Below, in pieces: positions 20,336 through 29,421 of a DNA stretch of 64,000 nt. The notes under the pieces were generated by a model. The model had not been told where the DNA came from. It saw only the letters and a list, made by a program, of their open reading frames with translations, and did no database searches. A program made the position numbers and the translations under genes. The stretch spans positions 864,001 through 928,000 of the forward strand of contig CAVPLT010000001.1 of NCBI GenBank assembly GCA_963706325.1, read 5' to 3'. Numbering within the stretch: the stretch's first letter is position 1; each line of letters starts with the position of its first letter. Source of the stretch: an uncultured Nitrospiraceae bacterium. Lineage in GTDB: Bacteria > Nitrospirota > Nitrospiria > Nitrospirales > Nitrospiraceae.

Positions 20336-20968
20336 ATGTACCGTCATCCAGAATCCGGCCAAGCCAATCTGACTGCCATTTTGCTCCTGTTGGGCCTCGT
20401 CGTCTCGGGCGTATGGGTATGGAAGCGTCTGACACTAGACGTACAGGACTTCATCATCGATCAAGCCGTTCCTTTGGCCGCCCTATCGCTGATGGCGCTG
20501 ACAGCGATAGGGATCATCATAGGAAAGGTCAGGAAACGGCTTGATAGGCGCAAGGAACGCGCGCGCTTGATTGCGTTGCTGGAGAAGCAGACCTCATCAC
20601 CGAAACGACTTGAATTGGCTTTCACGATGATCGAAGTGAACGAATATCGCCGCGCTGGCCTGGAGGTCATCGCGCCGCAGCTCCAGGAATTATTTGTAAC
20701 GACCTTGCAGCGGGCCTTGGGAGAGAAGCAACATCGGGTGCGGGGAATGGCGGCCAGCCACTTGGGAGTAATCGGCGATGATCAAGCAGTGACTCATCTG
20801 CTGGCGGCGTTGGAGGATGACCATGCTTACGTGCGTTCCAGCGCAGCGCTCGGTCTCGGGCGATTGCGCGCACCCGCCGCGAAGGACAAGTTGGCCTATG
20901 TCAGCAAGGAAGACTGGGACCAAACCGTGCGGAGCCGAGCTCGCGAGGCGTTAGAGCGCATCCGATGA
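20336..20968 (+). CDS. Membrane-anchored HEAT repeat protein
   Basis: Two TM segments then VRGMAASHLG, VRSSAALGLG, VRSRAREAL; ATG 20324 overlaps a TATCAT -10 box, so 20336 is preferred. Confidence 0.8.
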   Translation: MYRHPESGQANLTAILLLLGLVVSGVWVWKRLTLDVQDFIIDQAVPLAALSLMALTAIGIIIGKVRKRLDRRKERARLIALLEKQTSSPKRLELAFTMIEVNEYRRAGLEVIAPQLQELFVTTLQRALGEKQHRVRGMAASHLGVIGDDQAVTHLLAALEDDHAYVRSSAALGLGRLRAPAAKDKLAYVSKEDWDQTVRSRAREALERIR

Positions 20969-21005
20969 CTGTGAGGGACGGAGATGGAGAGCAGCGACAG
21001 ACGGG

Positions 21006-21839
21006 TCAGCCAGTCCACTCGAGCACGACGATTTCAGGCGTGCAATTCACACGAATGGGAATGACCGACCAGCCTAGGCCGCGGTTGACGTACAGGCGGT
21101 GGTTGTCCTTGCTGTAGAGTCCATTGGTCCGGCCGTGACAGCCTGGCGGCAGCCAGAATGTCGGGACGTAGGGAATGCGCCATTGACCGGCATGGCTGTG
21201 CCCGCAGAGGGTGAGATCGACATGGTGGCGAGCCGTCAGCTGATCCAGGATGTTGGGTGCATGGGCCAGCACCAGCGTGAACCGCCCAGGTTGCGGCGAA
21301 GGAATACACCGGAGATCGGCGCGGTGAAGTGAAGGGTCGTCGAGCCCCACGATTGCCAACTCGCCCGTCTTCATGGGAAGAAACGTGACTTGATTGACCA
21401 GGAGTACCACCTTGCGGCGGTCGAAGTGTTCGGCGAATTCATCGATCCGCACCCCACTGTAGTGGTCGTGGTTGCCGAGGGTGACGAACACCGGAGCCAG
21501 ACGTCGCAACTCTGTCAAAAAACGAAGGGTGTGCGGGAGGCCGCTCCGAACGTTCAGCAGATCGCCCGTAATAAAGATCCAATCAGGCGCCAGTTCGGCC
21601 ACTTGGCGAACGATGGCGCGATGTCGTGGTCGATAGCGATCCAAATGCAGGTCGCTCAGATGCACGGCGCGACGTCCGGCCAGCGGGGCATGGACGAGAG
21701 GAACGCGCGTAATGCTTGGGGTGGATAGCCCGAGTTCAATGCCGGGCATGAGATTGAACAGATGGTGGAAGGGGCGACTCAACCAGTGGCCGACCCAAAC
21801 CCGCGCCAGTTCCTGCCACCGAATCAGCGTGGCGATCAT
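21006..21839 (-). CDS. Calcineurin-like metallophosphoesterase
   Basis: SDLH, GD, GNHD, AH, GHSH motifs. Confidence 0.92.
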   Translation of the reverse strand: MIATLIRWQELARVWVGHWLSRPFHHLFNLMPGIELGLSTPSITRVPLVHAPLAGRRAVHLSDLHLDRYRPRHRAIVRQVAELAPDWIFITGDLLNVRSGLPHTLRFLTELRRLAPVFVTLGNHDHYSGVRIDEFAEHFDRRKVVLLVNQVTFLPMKTGELAIVGLDDPSLHRADLRCIPSPQPGRFTLVLAHAPNILDQLTARHHVDLTLCGHSHAGQWRIPYVPTFWLPPGCHGRTNGLYSKDNHRLYVNRGLGWSVIPIRVNCTPEIVVLEWTG

Positions 21840-22501
21840 TCCATGACCCGATTCAAGCGGGCTCTGTCGGCGGTGGTTGCGCGATACCCTTGATCGTACA
21901 GCTTGCCCATGCCGGTCATCAGCGATTCCATGCCTTTGGCATTATGCAGCGTATCGAATTTCGAAATGAGCGCGAGGAGATGGGCAGTGGATCCCAACGA
22001 GGGTTCAGACGACAGATCGAGGGCGATGAGGATGTCTCGAAGTTCACGGTTGTTATATACGGCATTGTCATCGCCATCACCCACCAGGGCGAACTCATAA
22101 AAGGTCAGGCTGAGAGACAACAGCGATTGGGTGCGCTGAAAATCAGTTCGGACGGCATCAATTCCTTCGGGATACCGTGAGCGGCAGTCCGATGCCTGTT
22201 GCTCCGATGATTCTGCCACACCCCAGGGTGATTCGGCCTGCCCAGTCCAGGCGATGCGCTGCACTGCAGGAGGAGCCGGCTTTTGCCGTTGTTGTTTGTA
22301 AAACCAGTTCATGCACTGGCTCGCGATGGCAAAGGCCCGTTTGTCCGTCTCGGCCTGTCGCTGGATATGTTGGGTGAAGCGACTGAAGATATCGATGGCG
22401 GTCAGTTGGGGGGCAGCCATCGGTGAAGGGGCCAAGGTAGCGGTGACCGAACAAAATACTACCCCGGCAGCAAGATACCTATGGATGGATTTCATTCGCA
22501 T
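21836..22501 (-). CDS. Exported hypothetical protein
   Basis: Signal-peptide-like N-terminus; acidic DGDDNAVY loop. Confidence 0.65.
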   Translation of the reverse strand: MRMKSIHRYLAAGVVFCSVTATLAPSPMAAPQLTAIDIFSRFTQHIQRQAETDKRAFAIASQCMNWFYKQQRQKPAPPAVQRIAWTGQAESPWGVAESSEQQASDCRSRYPEGIDAVRTDFQRTQSLLSLSLTFYEFALVGDGDDNAVYNNRELRDILIALDLSSEPSLGSTAHLLALISKFDTLHNAKGMESLMTGMGKLYDQGYRATTADRARLNRVME

Positions 22502-22603
22502 CGGTTTAGTTCTGGACTCCGCTGAGGTACCGTAGAGCCTCTATCGAGTATAACACGACTGGTGTCCCACTGTCGGCAATGTCACCCTCACCCATGATAA
22601 GGA

Positions 22604-23662
22604 ATGCGCATGCCAACCCCGCCCTGGCTCGATGACACCTCCCCCTACCTGACTGCGGCAGTTCCCGCGATCGGCGGCCGGATTCGCAGTTCACCGGAAG
22701 ATTTTCGTGTTGAGGAACGACCGCTCTACTTGCCCTGTGGCGAAGGCGAACACCTGTATATTCGGGTGACCAAGCGCGGTCTGTCCACTCCCGATCTGCT
22801 TCTCCGACTCTCTTCGCAGCTCCATGTCAGAGCGCAATCTATCGGCGTGGCCGGGCTGAAGGACGCCCAAGCCGTCACGACGCAGATGATTTCCTTGCAG
22901 GGGGTGAAGGCAGAGGCGGTAGCGGCCTTGTCTACCGACGAGCGTTTGCTGGCTCTGGACATATTGGGACGTCATCGCAACCGCCTCCGGAAGGGACACC
23001 ATGCCGGCAATCATTTCCGGCTGGTGATACGGGATGTCAGAGAGGGTGCGGAGGCGCACGTGAGACAGGTGTTCGATGAGTTACTGCGCCGGGGCGTGCC
23101 GAACTATTTCGGGCCTCAGCGACAAGGGAGGTCGGGAACGAATTTTCAATTGGGCGCCGAGTTGTTGCAGGATGCCGCGCGCCGCAACAAGATGAGCCGT
23201 GCCAAGCGTATCTGGTTCATGAACGCCTATCAATCTCACGTGTTCAATCAGATCGTGGCCAAACGGATCGCGAGCCTGGATCGCGTGTTGCTGGGTGACT
23301 GGGCCATGAAGATGGACAATGGGGCCTGTTTTCCCGTGGAACAACCCGAGGTGGAACAGCCGCGCGCGGACCGGTTTGAGATCAGCCCCACTGGGCCCCT
23401 CTTTGGTTCACGTGCACCGTGGGCCACGGGGTTCGCGGGGGAGATTGAACGGGCGGTGGTGGCTGACCTCGGAAGCACCCCGGAGTTATTGTCCCAGGCG
23501 GGGACCGAATGCGGATTCAGGGGTGAACGACGGGCGCTTAGAATCCGTCTCAATGAGCTCACCTGGTCGCTTGAAGGCTCTGTGTTGACTCTGGCCTTTT
23601 GGCTGCCCCCTGGGTCCTACGCTACCAGTGTGCTCCGGGAAGTGGTGAAGGCAAATTCCTAG
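22604..23662 (+). CDS. truD: tRNA pseudouridine(13) synthase
   Basis: PEDFRVEE, AGLKDAQAVTTQ, PNYFGPQR, LPPGSYAT. Confidence 0.95.
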   Translation: MRMPTPPWLDDTSPYLTAAVPAIGGRIRSSPEDFRVEERPLYLPCGEGEHLYIRVTKRGLSTPDLLLRLSSQLHVRAQSIGVAGLKDAQAVTTQMISLQGVKAEAVAALSTDERLLALDILGRHRNRLRKGHHAGNHFRLVIRDVREGAEAHVRQVFDELLRRGVPNYFGPQRQGRSGTNFQLGAELLQDAARRNKMSRAKRIWFMNAYQSHVFNQIVAKRIASLDRVLLGDWAMKMDNGACFPVEQPEVEQPRADRFEISPTGPLFGSRAPWATGFAGEIERAVVADLGSTPELLSQAGTECGFRGERRALRIRLNELTWSLEGSVLTLAFWLPPGSYATSVLREVVKANS

Positions 23663-23787
23663 CAGGATGCTGAAAAAGTCAGCCATCTGCGGGCTCGCCT
23701 CGTTCAGACCCTCAACGTAAAGCCAGAGTATACTCTTCAGGTCTTCACTCGCTGCGACCTAGCTGAACGGCCTTAGTAATCATCTGC
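23659..23787 (+). mobile_element. MITE/REP-like intergenic element, degenerate copy
   Basis: Begins CTAGCAGGATGCTGAAAAAGTC on the truD stop; ends CTCGCTGCGACCT..ACGGCCTTAGTAATCATCTGC; collinear with 37137-37266. Confidence 0.75.
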
Positions 23788-23965
23788 GTGGCCACTCATG
23801 TGAAATTTTGAATCTTCTGACGATTACTTGAACCGCAAAACGCCTTTTCTCCACCAGGTGGGCTCTACGGATCATTTTTTCTTCCAAATGGTAGAATCTA
23901 CATAGTGCAACTCATCGCTTCCGGGCGCGTTTCTTTCCGAGGGGAAATTCACTTGAGGTTTATTT

Positions 23966-25210
23966 ATGACAGGATCGCAGGAAACGGTCTTTCTGCAGGG
24001 CCACATCATTGATTCGTTGATCCTGGCCAAAGTTCTGGACACCATCTTGATGATGGGCGGTAGTTTTGACCTGCAGGATGTGAACATCGGCGCGACCAGA
24101 GAGGCCGCCTCCAAGGCGCGGATCGTCGTGCAGGCGCCTTCCAGCCGTGTGCTGGGAGAGATTCTACGGGCCATCCAGCCCCATGGCGCTACCATCGAGC
24201 GCGAAGCCGATTGCCGATTTGAGCCCGCCCCGTCGCGGGGGGTGTTTCCTGAAGAGTTCTATGCCACGACGCATCTCCCGACTCAAATTCGTCTCGATGG
24301 CGAGTGGGTGAACGTGGAGAACATGGAAATGGACCTTGGCATCTGTGTGGATCCGGCCAAGGCCCGCGCTCGAACCGTTCCGATGGGTGCCGTGACCGCG
24401 GGAGATCTGATCGTGATTGGTCGAGACGGTATCAGGGTGACGCCACTTGTTCGTCCGGCCGAGCGCGATGTGTTTGGGTTCATGGAATCCGTGGTGTCCT
24501 CGGAGCGTCCGCATCAGCCGGTGATTGCCGATATCGCGAAGCGGATGCAGAAGTTACGCGAGTGGCATCGGGAGGGCCGCGCCGGGGCAAAGGTGCTGTT
24601 GGCAGGAGGTCCGGCAATCGTGCATGCGGGCGGCCGAGACGCATTGGCCTGGTTGATCGAAGCTGGCTACATTCAACTATTGTTTTGCGGTAATGCCCTC
24701 GCCGCGCATGACATGGAGGCGGGGCTGTATGGCACCTCGCTCGGTTACGGCTTGGCCGCCGGGCGCTCAGTGCCGCATGGGCATGAACATCATCTCAGGA
24801 CCATCAACCGGATTCGTGCCATCGGGAGCATTCAAGCGGCCGTGCGGTCGGGGTTCATAACCGATGGAATCATGGCGGCGTGCGTGCGGCGCGGGGTGAC
24901 AATGGTCATGGCGGGTACCATTCGCGACGACGGTCCGCTGCCCGGTGTGGTGACGGACTCGATGCAGGCCCAGCAGGCGATGCGGGCGGAAATCTACGGA
25001 GTCGGCCTCGCGCTGCTGGTGGCGTCCACGCTCCATGCGATTGCCACGGGTAATTTGCTACCGGCCGCCATCCCCACCGTCTGCGTTGATGTGAATCCGG
25101 CCGTTCCGACGAAACTGGCCGATCGTGGCAGCTTTCAAGCGGTTGGTCTCGTGATGGATGCCGCCTCGTTTCTCACGGAGCTCGCGCGTGAACTTGGGTG
25201 GCGCCCATGA
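23966..25210 (+). CDS. TIGR00300 / LOR-SDH-domain protein, putative ornithine cyclodeaminase (AgrE/ArgZ C-terminal-like)
   Basis: LQGHIIDS, FYATTH, FGFMESVVSSERP, GNALAAHD, GTIRDDGPLP, KLADRGS. Confidence 0.85.
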   Translation: MTGSQETVFLQGHIIDSLILAKVLDTILMMGGSFDLQDVNIGATREAASKARIVVQAPSSRVLGEILRAIQPHGATIEREADCRFEPAPSRGVFPEEFYATTHLPTQIRLDGEWVNVENMEMDLGICVDPAKARARTVPMGAVTAGDLIVIGRDGIRVTPLVRPAERDVFGFMESVVSSERPHQPVIADIAKRMQKLREWHREGRAGAKVLLAGGPAIVHAGGRDALAWLIEAGYIQLLFCGNALAAHDMEAGLYGTSLGYGLAAGRSVPHGHEHHLRTINRIRAIGSIQAAVRSGFITDGIMAACVRRGVTMVMAGTIRDDGPLPGVVTDSMQAQQAMRAEIYGVGLALLVASTLHAIATGNLLPAAIPTVCVDVNPAVPTKLADRGSFQAVGLVMDAASFLTELARELGWRP

Positions 25211-26007
25211 GTCGGCTCTTGGTCTGTCCGCCAGACTATTTTCGGATCAATTACGAAATCAATCCATGGATGCGACGCGCGAACGCGGTCGACTCGGCAC
25301 GCGCAATGAGTCAGTGGCACGCGCTGATGGACGTCTTATCTCAGGATGTCGGGGCTGGTATTGAGCAGATGCCGGCTGTCGAAGGTCTCCCTGATATGGT
25401 CTTTACGGCCAATGCGGGCGTGGTGGTCGGGCGTCGCGCCCTGGTAAGCCGGTTTCGTTACCCAGAGCGCCAACGAGAGGAAGTCCACTTCGAACGGTGG
25501 TTTCGCGAACAGAAGTACGAAGTGTTGACGATGGACAAGACCCTCTATTTTGAAGGGGCCGGTGACCTGTTGGGGTTTCAGGATGCGTGGTTCGGGGGAT
25601 ACCGGCAGCGGTCCGACATTCGAGCTTTTCCCAAGGTGGGTGACATGTTCCAGCGGGAAATTATTCCGCTCGAATTAATCGATCCCCGGTTCTATCATCT
25701 CGACACCTGCTTCTGTCCTTTGAGCGGTGGGGAGTTGCTCTACTTTCCGCCGGCGTTCGATGCGTACGGACAAGCGGCCATTGCTCAACGGATTCCAGAC
25801 ACTCGTCGGTTGACCGTGCCCGAGGACGAAGCTCTGCGGTTCGCCTGCAATGCGGTATGCATCGGCAAACACATCGTCATCCCAGCCGGTTGCCCTCGCA
25901 CGACGCAACTGCTGGAGGCGCGCGGTTACCGCACGTACGCCGTTCAGCTGGACGAATTTATGAAGTCCGGCGGCGCAGCCAAGTGTCTCACCCTGGCTCT
26001 TGATTGA
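25207..26007 (+). CDS. Amidinotransferase/dimethylargininase family, arginine dihydrolase-like
   Basis: YEINPWM, PDMVFTANAG, FEGAGD, FYHLDTCF, EFMKSGGAAKC; ATGA-coupled to the upstream gene. Confidence 0.88.
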   Translation: MSRLLVCPPDYFRINYEINPWMRRANAVDSARAMSQWHALMDVLSQDVGAGIEQMPAVEGLPDMVFTANAGVVVGRRALVSRFRYPERQREEVHFERWFREQKYEVLTMDKTLYFEGAGDLLGFQDAWFGGYRQRSDIRAFPKVGDMFQREIIPLELIDPRFYHLDTCFCPLSGGELLYFPPAFDAYGQAAIAQRIPDTRRLTVPEDEALRFACNAVCIGKHIVIPAGCPRTTQLLEARGYRTYAVQLDEFMKSGGAAKCLTLALD

Positions 26008-26026
26008 TCCTGTCAGTGTCTTCTCC

Positions 26027-26383
26027 CTACCGTGAGCGAAAAAGAAACGACAGATAGAGACCCGCGATGGCGGTAGTCGTGAGCTCAATCGTGAGCAGCA
26101 AGCGACTGACGATGGCGTCTGGCTGCGGGGGCGAGAGAATGAAATGGAAGCCCAGGAATGCCGCCGGCTGTGAGGGAGGAGACTCCCACGGTGGCATCAG
26201 GAGAGAGACCACCAGCACCGTCACCATGCCGTAGAGAATGTTCAAGTTCAGTTGCTCGGTCGCCGACCTAATTTTTGTCGGCGCGGCGGCCGCTGGGATG
26301 TGTGATTCGAGCGCGGCGCCGCAATCGGTGCAGTACCGGTTGATCTCAGGAAGGGCACGTCCGCAGGAAGGGCAGGGTTTCAT
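26027..26383 (-). CDS. Zinc-ribbon membrane protein
   Basis: CPSCG..YCTDCG plus two TM segments. Confidence 0.75.
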   Translation of the reverse strand: MKPCPSCGRALPEINRYCTDCGAALESHIPAAAAPTKIRSATEQLNLNILYGMVTVLVVSLLMPPWESPPSQPAAFLGFHFILSPPQPDAIVSRLLLTIELTTTAIAGLYLSFLFRSR

Positions 26384-26495
26384 ACGAGAGATTCCCGATG
26401 GAGCCTGCAGCCTAGCGCGAGTGCGAAAAGAATTCCAGCGTCAAGATCGAGATGCGTGATGAGTCGACGAAGCTGACAGTCCGCGGATCGATTCG

Positions 26496-26525
26496 TTGAC
26501 AGGTTTCAAAGCCCCTTCCTATAAT
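26496..26525 (+). promoter_or_regulatory. sigma70 promoter of gpsA-larB
   Basis: Perfect TTGACA-N18-TATAAT, 8 nt before ATG 26534. Confidence 0.7.
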
Positions 26526-26533
26526 CCGCGTCC

Positions 26534-27559
26534 ATGACGAGTTCATCCATTCAACGTGTGGCAGTCATCGGCGCCGGCGCCTGGGGAACGGCGTTGGCTC
26601 GGCACTTGGCCGAGAAGCAACTCTCAGTCAGACTGTGGGCCCACGAGCCTGAGGTCGCCCGGGCGATCCAAAGCCGGCGCGAAAACCAGCTGTTTTTACC
26701 CGGAATCTCGCTTCCACCGACCTTGTCTGCGACTAACAGCCTGGCGGAAGCCGTGGCGGGAGCCGATTGCCTGATCTTTGCCGTGCCTTCGCATGTTGCA
26801 AGGCCTGTTCTGGGACAGATCGCCCTGGTCCTTCCGAATCCGATCCCGTTGGTTAGTGCCACAAAAGGAATTGAAGAAGATACCCTTCAACTCGTGACGC
26901 AGGTCATGGAGGATATGCTCCCGGCCCATATGCAGGGGTCCTTACTGGTGTTGTCGGGACCGAGCTTTGCGACTGAGGTGAGTCGGGGGCGGCCGACGGC
27001 GCTTTGTCTCGCCGGGCAGAATGCGCAGCTCGTCAAGACGGTTCAGAGTCTCCTCATGACCCCCAAGTTCCGCGTGTATGCGGATGATGACCTGATCGGC
27101 GTGCAACTCGGCGGCGCGTTGAAAAACGTGATGGCGCTGGCAGCCGGCGTGGTTGACGGACTGGAACTCGGACATAATGCCCGTGCCGCACTCATAACCA
27201 GGGGATTGACCGAGATGGTTCGCCTCGGTGTAGCGATGGGCGCGGATGCGCGCACGTTTTACGGGCTGTCCGGGGTCGGCGATCTCATCCTCACCTGCAC
27301 CGGCCTGTTGAGTCGCAATCACTCGGTGGGGGTGCGATTAGGAAAGGGTGAGCGCCTCCAGACCATTCTTGCCGGCATGCAGGCGGTAGCGGAAGGCGTC
27401 CGGACGGCGAAAGCGGCTCTGGGACTTGCCCTGCGGTGCGGCGTAGACATGCCGATCGTGCGTGAAGTGCATGCAGTGCTCTTTGCCGACAAATCGTGCC
27501 GCCAGGCGGTCGGCGATCTCATGGAGCGAGTAGCCAAAGAGGAGAAAAGCCTGTCGTGA
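26534..27559 (+). CDS. gpsA: NAD(P)H-dependent glycerol-3-phosphate dehydrogenase
   Basis: GAGAWGTAL, SGPSFA, GGALKNV, GLSGVGDLILTC, SRN. Confidence 0.97.
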   Translation: MTSSSIQRVAVIGAGAWGTALARHLAEKQLSVRLWAHEPEVARAIQSRRENQLFLPGISLPPTLSATNSLAEAVAGADCLIFAVPSHVARPVLGQIALVLPNPIPLVSATKGIEEDTLQLVTQVMEDMLPAHMQGSLLVLSGPSFATEVSRGRPTALCLAGQNAQLVKTVQSLLMTPKFRVYADDDLIGVQLGGALKNVMALAAGVVDGLELGHNARAALITRGLTEMVRLGVAMGADARTFYGLSGVGDLILTCTGLLSRNHSVGVRLGKGERLQTILAGMQAVAEGVRTAKAALGLALRCGVDMPIVREVHAVLFADKSCRQAVGDLMERVAKEEKSLS

Positions 27560-28338
27560 ATCAAGATCAATTGCAGGCGTTACTCACCCAAGTTCAGCGT
27601 GGCGTCCTCGACGTGCCGGATGCGCTGCATCAGCTGCGGACCATGCCGTACGAAAGTTTGGGGTTCGCCTCGCTCGATCACCACCGAGCGCTTCGCCAGG
27701 GATTTCCGGAAGTGATTTTTTGCGAAGGGAAAACGGAACGTCAGGTCGTGGCCATTGCCAAGACGTTGCTCCTGAACACGAACTCGTTATTGGCCACGCG
27801 GGTGGAGCCGTCGGTCGCCCGGGCGCTGCTGCGTATCAGCAAGCGCGCGGTCTATCACGAGGCGGCGCGGGTGGTGGCGATCGCGCCCCCCAAGTTGGTG
27901 CGGCGCGGGTCGGTGTTGATCGTGACGGCCGGGACGGCCGATATCCCGGTGGCGGAAGAGGCGCGCGTGACCGCCGATGCTATGGGGAGCCGAACGGACA
28001 CCTTGTATGACGTGGGGGTGGCCGGCCTCCATCGTTTGCTCGGTCAACAGGATCGTTTGCATGAGGCTCGAGCCTTGGTGGTGGTGGCGGGGATGGATGG
28101 CGTGCTGCCGAGCGTCGTAGGCGGGCTCGTGCGACAGCCGGTGATTGCCGTGCCGACGAGTCGCGGCTATGGGGCGCACTTCGGCGGTTTAGCGGCATTA
28201 TTGACCATGTTGAATTCCTGCGCAGCGGGAGTCGGGGTGATGAATATCGACAACGGCTTCGGGGCCGGTTGCATGGCCCATCGGATCAATATGGTGGGGG
28301 AAGTAGAAGGTGCGGCTCCAACAGGCAAGAAAGATTGA
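27556..28338 (+). CDS. larB: Nickel-pincer cofactor biosynthesis protein LarB
   Basis: LDHHRALRQGFPEVI, AGTADIPVAEEA, DVGVAGLHRL, PTSRGYG, NIDNGFGAG; GTGA overlap with gpsA. Confidence 0.93.
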   Translation: MNQDQLQALLTQVQRGVLDVPDALHQLRTMPYESLGFASLDHHRALRQGFPEVIFCEGKTERQVVAIAKTLLLNTNSLLATRVEPSVARALLRISKRAVYHEAARVVAIAPPKLVRRGSVLIVTAGTADIPVAEEARVTADAMGSRTDTLYDVGVAGLHRLLGQQDRLHEARALVVVAGMDGVLPSVVGGLVRQPVIAVPTSRGYGAHFGGLAALLTMLNSCAAGVGVMNIDNGFGAGCMAHRINMVGEVEGAAPTGKKD

Positions 28339-28440
28339 GGCTGCGACGTTTCCTCGGCCGACTAGCGGGCCGTTTGAAAAGGCATTTCGCTGTCCCCGAA
28401 AAAGTGTGATGCGTGAACCTGGGGAGCTATACAGAACGCC

Positions 28441-28680
28441 CGCAGGATGGTCAAAAGGGTCGTTTAGCGCGGCTGCGGCGATGTCAGGGAGCGGAGGCCA
28501 CAGCGTTCTTACCTACCCTGAGTCTTCCGGGACAGGCTCTTTTGCCCCTGTGCGGCACCCTGAGTCTCGGAGGTTCACGACGCGACGAATAAGGAGCGTC
28601 ACGCTTGTGAACGCCGCCGAGATGTGAGGCGGCAGTGTCTTCGCGAGAACAAAGCCGACGGCCTCTTCAATATCCTGCTA
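28441..28680 (-). mobile_element. MITE/REP-like element, long variant (possibly extending left to CTAG at 28362)
   Basis: Minus strand begins TAGCAGGATATTGAAGAGGCC..TTTGTTCTCGC on the adjacent gene's stop; the other end reads GCAGGATGGTCAAAAGG on plus. Confidence 0.7.
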
Positions 28681-29250
28681 TTCCTTAACCACAAATTTGC
28701 CGCGTTTGGGCCACGACAACATTTGAGTCCGCTGGCCTTTCTCCCCGTTGCTGAGCAATTTCACTCGCACTTCATATTCGTACGATCCGATCGGAACTTG
28801 GAGTTTGTTGTGGTCGAGTCCGTCCCAGGCGAGGTCGATGTGCACGCGTTTTTGTGCGGGGTCCCCGCTGCCATTCGTGTCCGACAGAACGTGTTCATTC
28901 ACCGGTTGACGGATGGAGAGGAAGCGCAAGGACGTCATAGAGGAGGACATGACCAGGGCAGAGACCTCCAGCATCAATTGCTCATTGATGTCTTTAGGCA
29001 ATTGCACCGTGGCGATGAAATGAAACGGTCCATCTTGTGGGCGATAGGGCATCGGCGCAGCGTGCAGGGTGAGGATCTTCAATTCAGGCTCAGGTCGGGG
29101 GACCAACGATTTGCCCTTAGTCTTGGCCAGCACATCCACGCTCTGTCCTGCCAGCATGAAGACAATACTCAACAAGATGAGTAGGCCGAACCGTCTTTTC
29201 TGTGGTGTGCGCAAGTCGGTGGTATTGGTGAGCCGGCTGGAATTGATCAT
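28678..29250 (-). CDS. Exported hypothetical protein with FlgD-like Ig motif
   Basis: Hydrophobic signal segment; WDGLDHNKLQVPIGSYEY resembles the FlgD Ig WDG motif. Confidence 0.65.
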   Translation of the reverse strand: MINSSRLTNTTDLRTPQKRRFGLLILLSIVFMLAGQSVDVLAKTKGKSLVPRPEPELKILTLHAAPMPYRPQDGPFHFIATVQLPKDINEQLMLEVSALVMSSSMTSLRFLSIRQPVNEHVLSDTNGSGDPAQKRVHIDLAWDGLDHNKLQVPIGSYEYEVRVKLLSNGEKGQRTQMLSWPKRGKFVVKE

Positions 29251-29421
29251 CGGTTGTCGACGTCGCACGAAGTGAGTTGACGAACTGATCGGATGTAAGT
29301 GTTTACTGGGGATAACACAGCTTCGCAGGGCTGTCAACGAAGGAGCGGAATGATTGCTGTCTGGATGCGGCTCCGGTAAGATGCCGCTCGATCGCGCACG
29401 AAAGCGCATGGTAGGAGCGAT

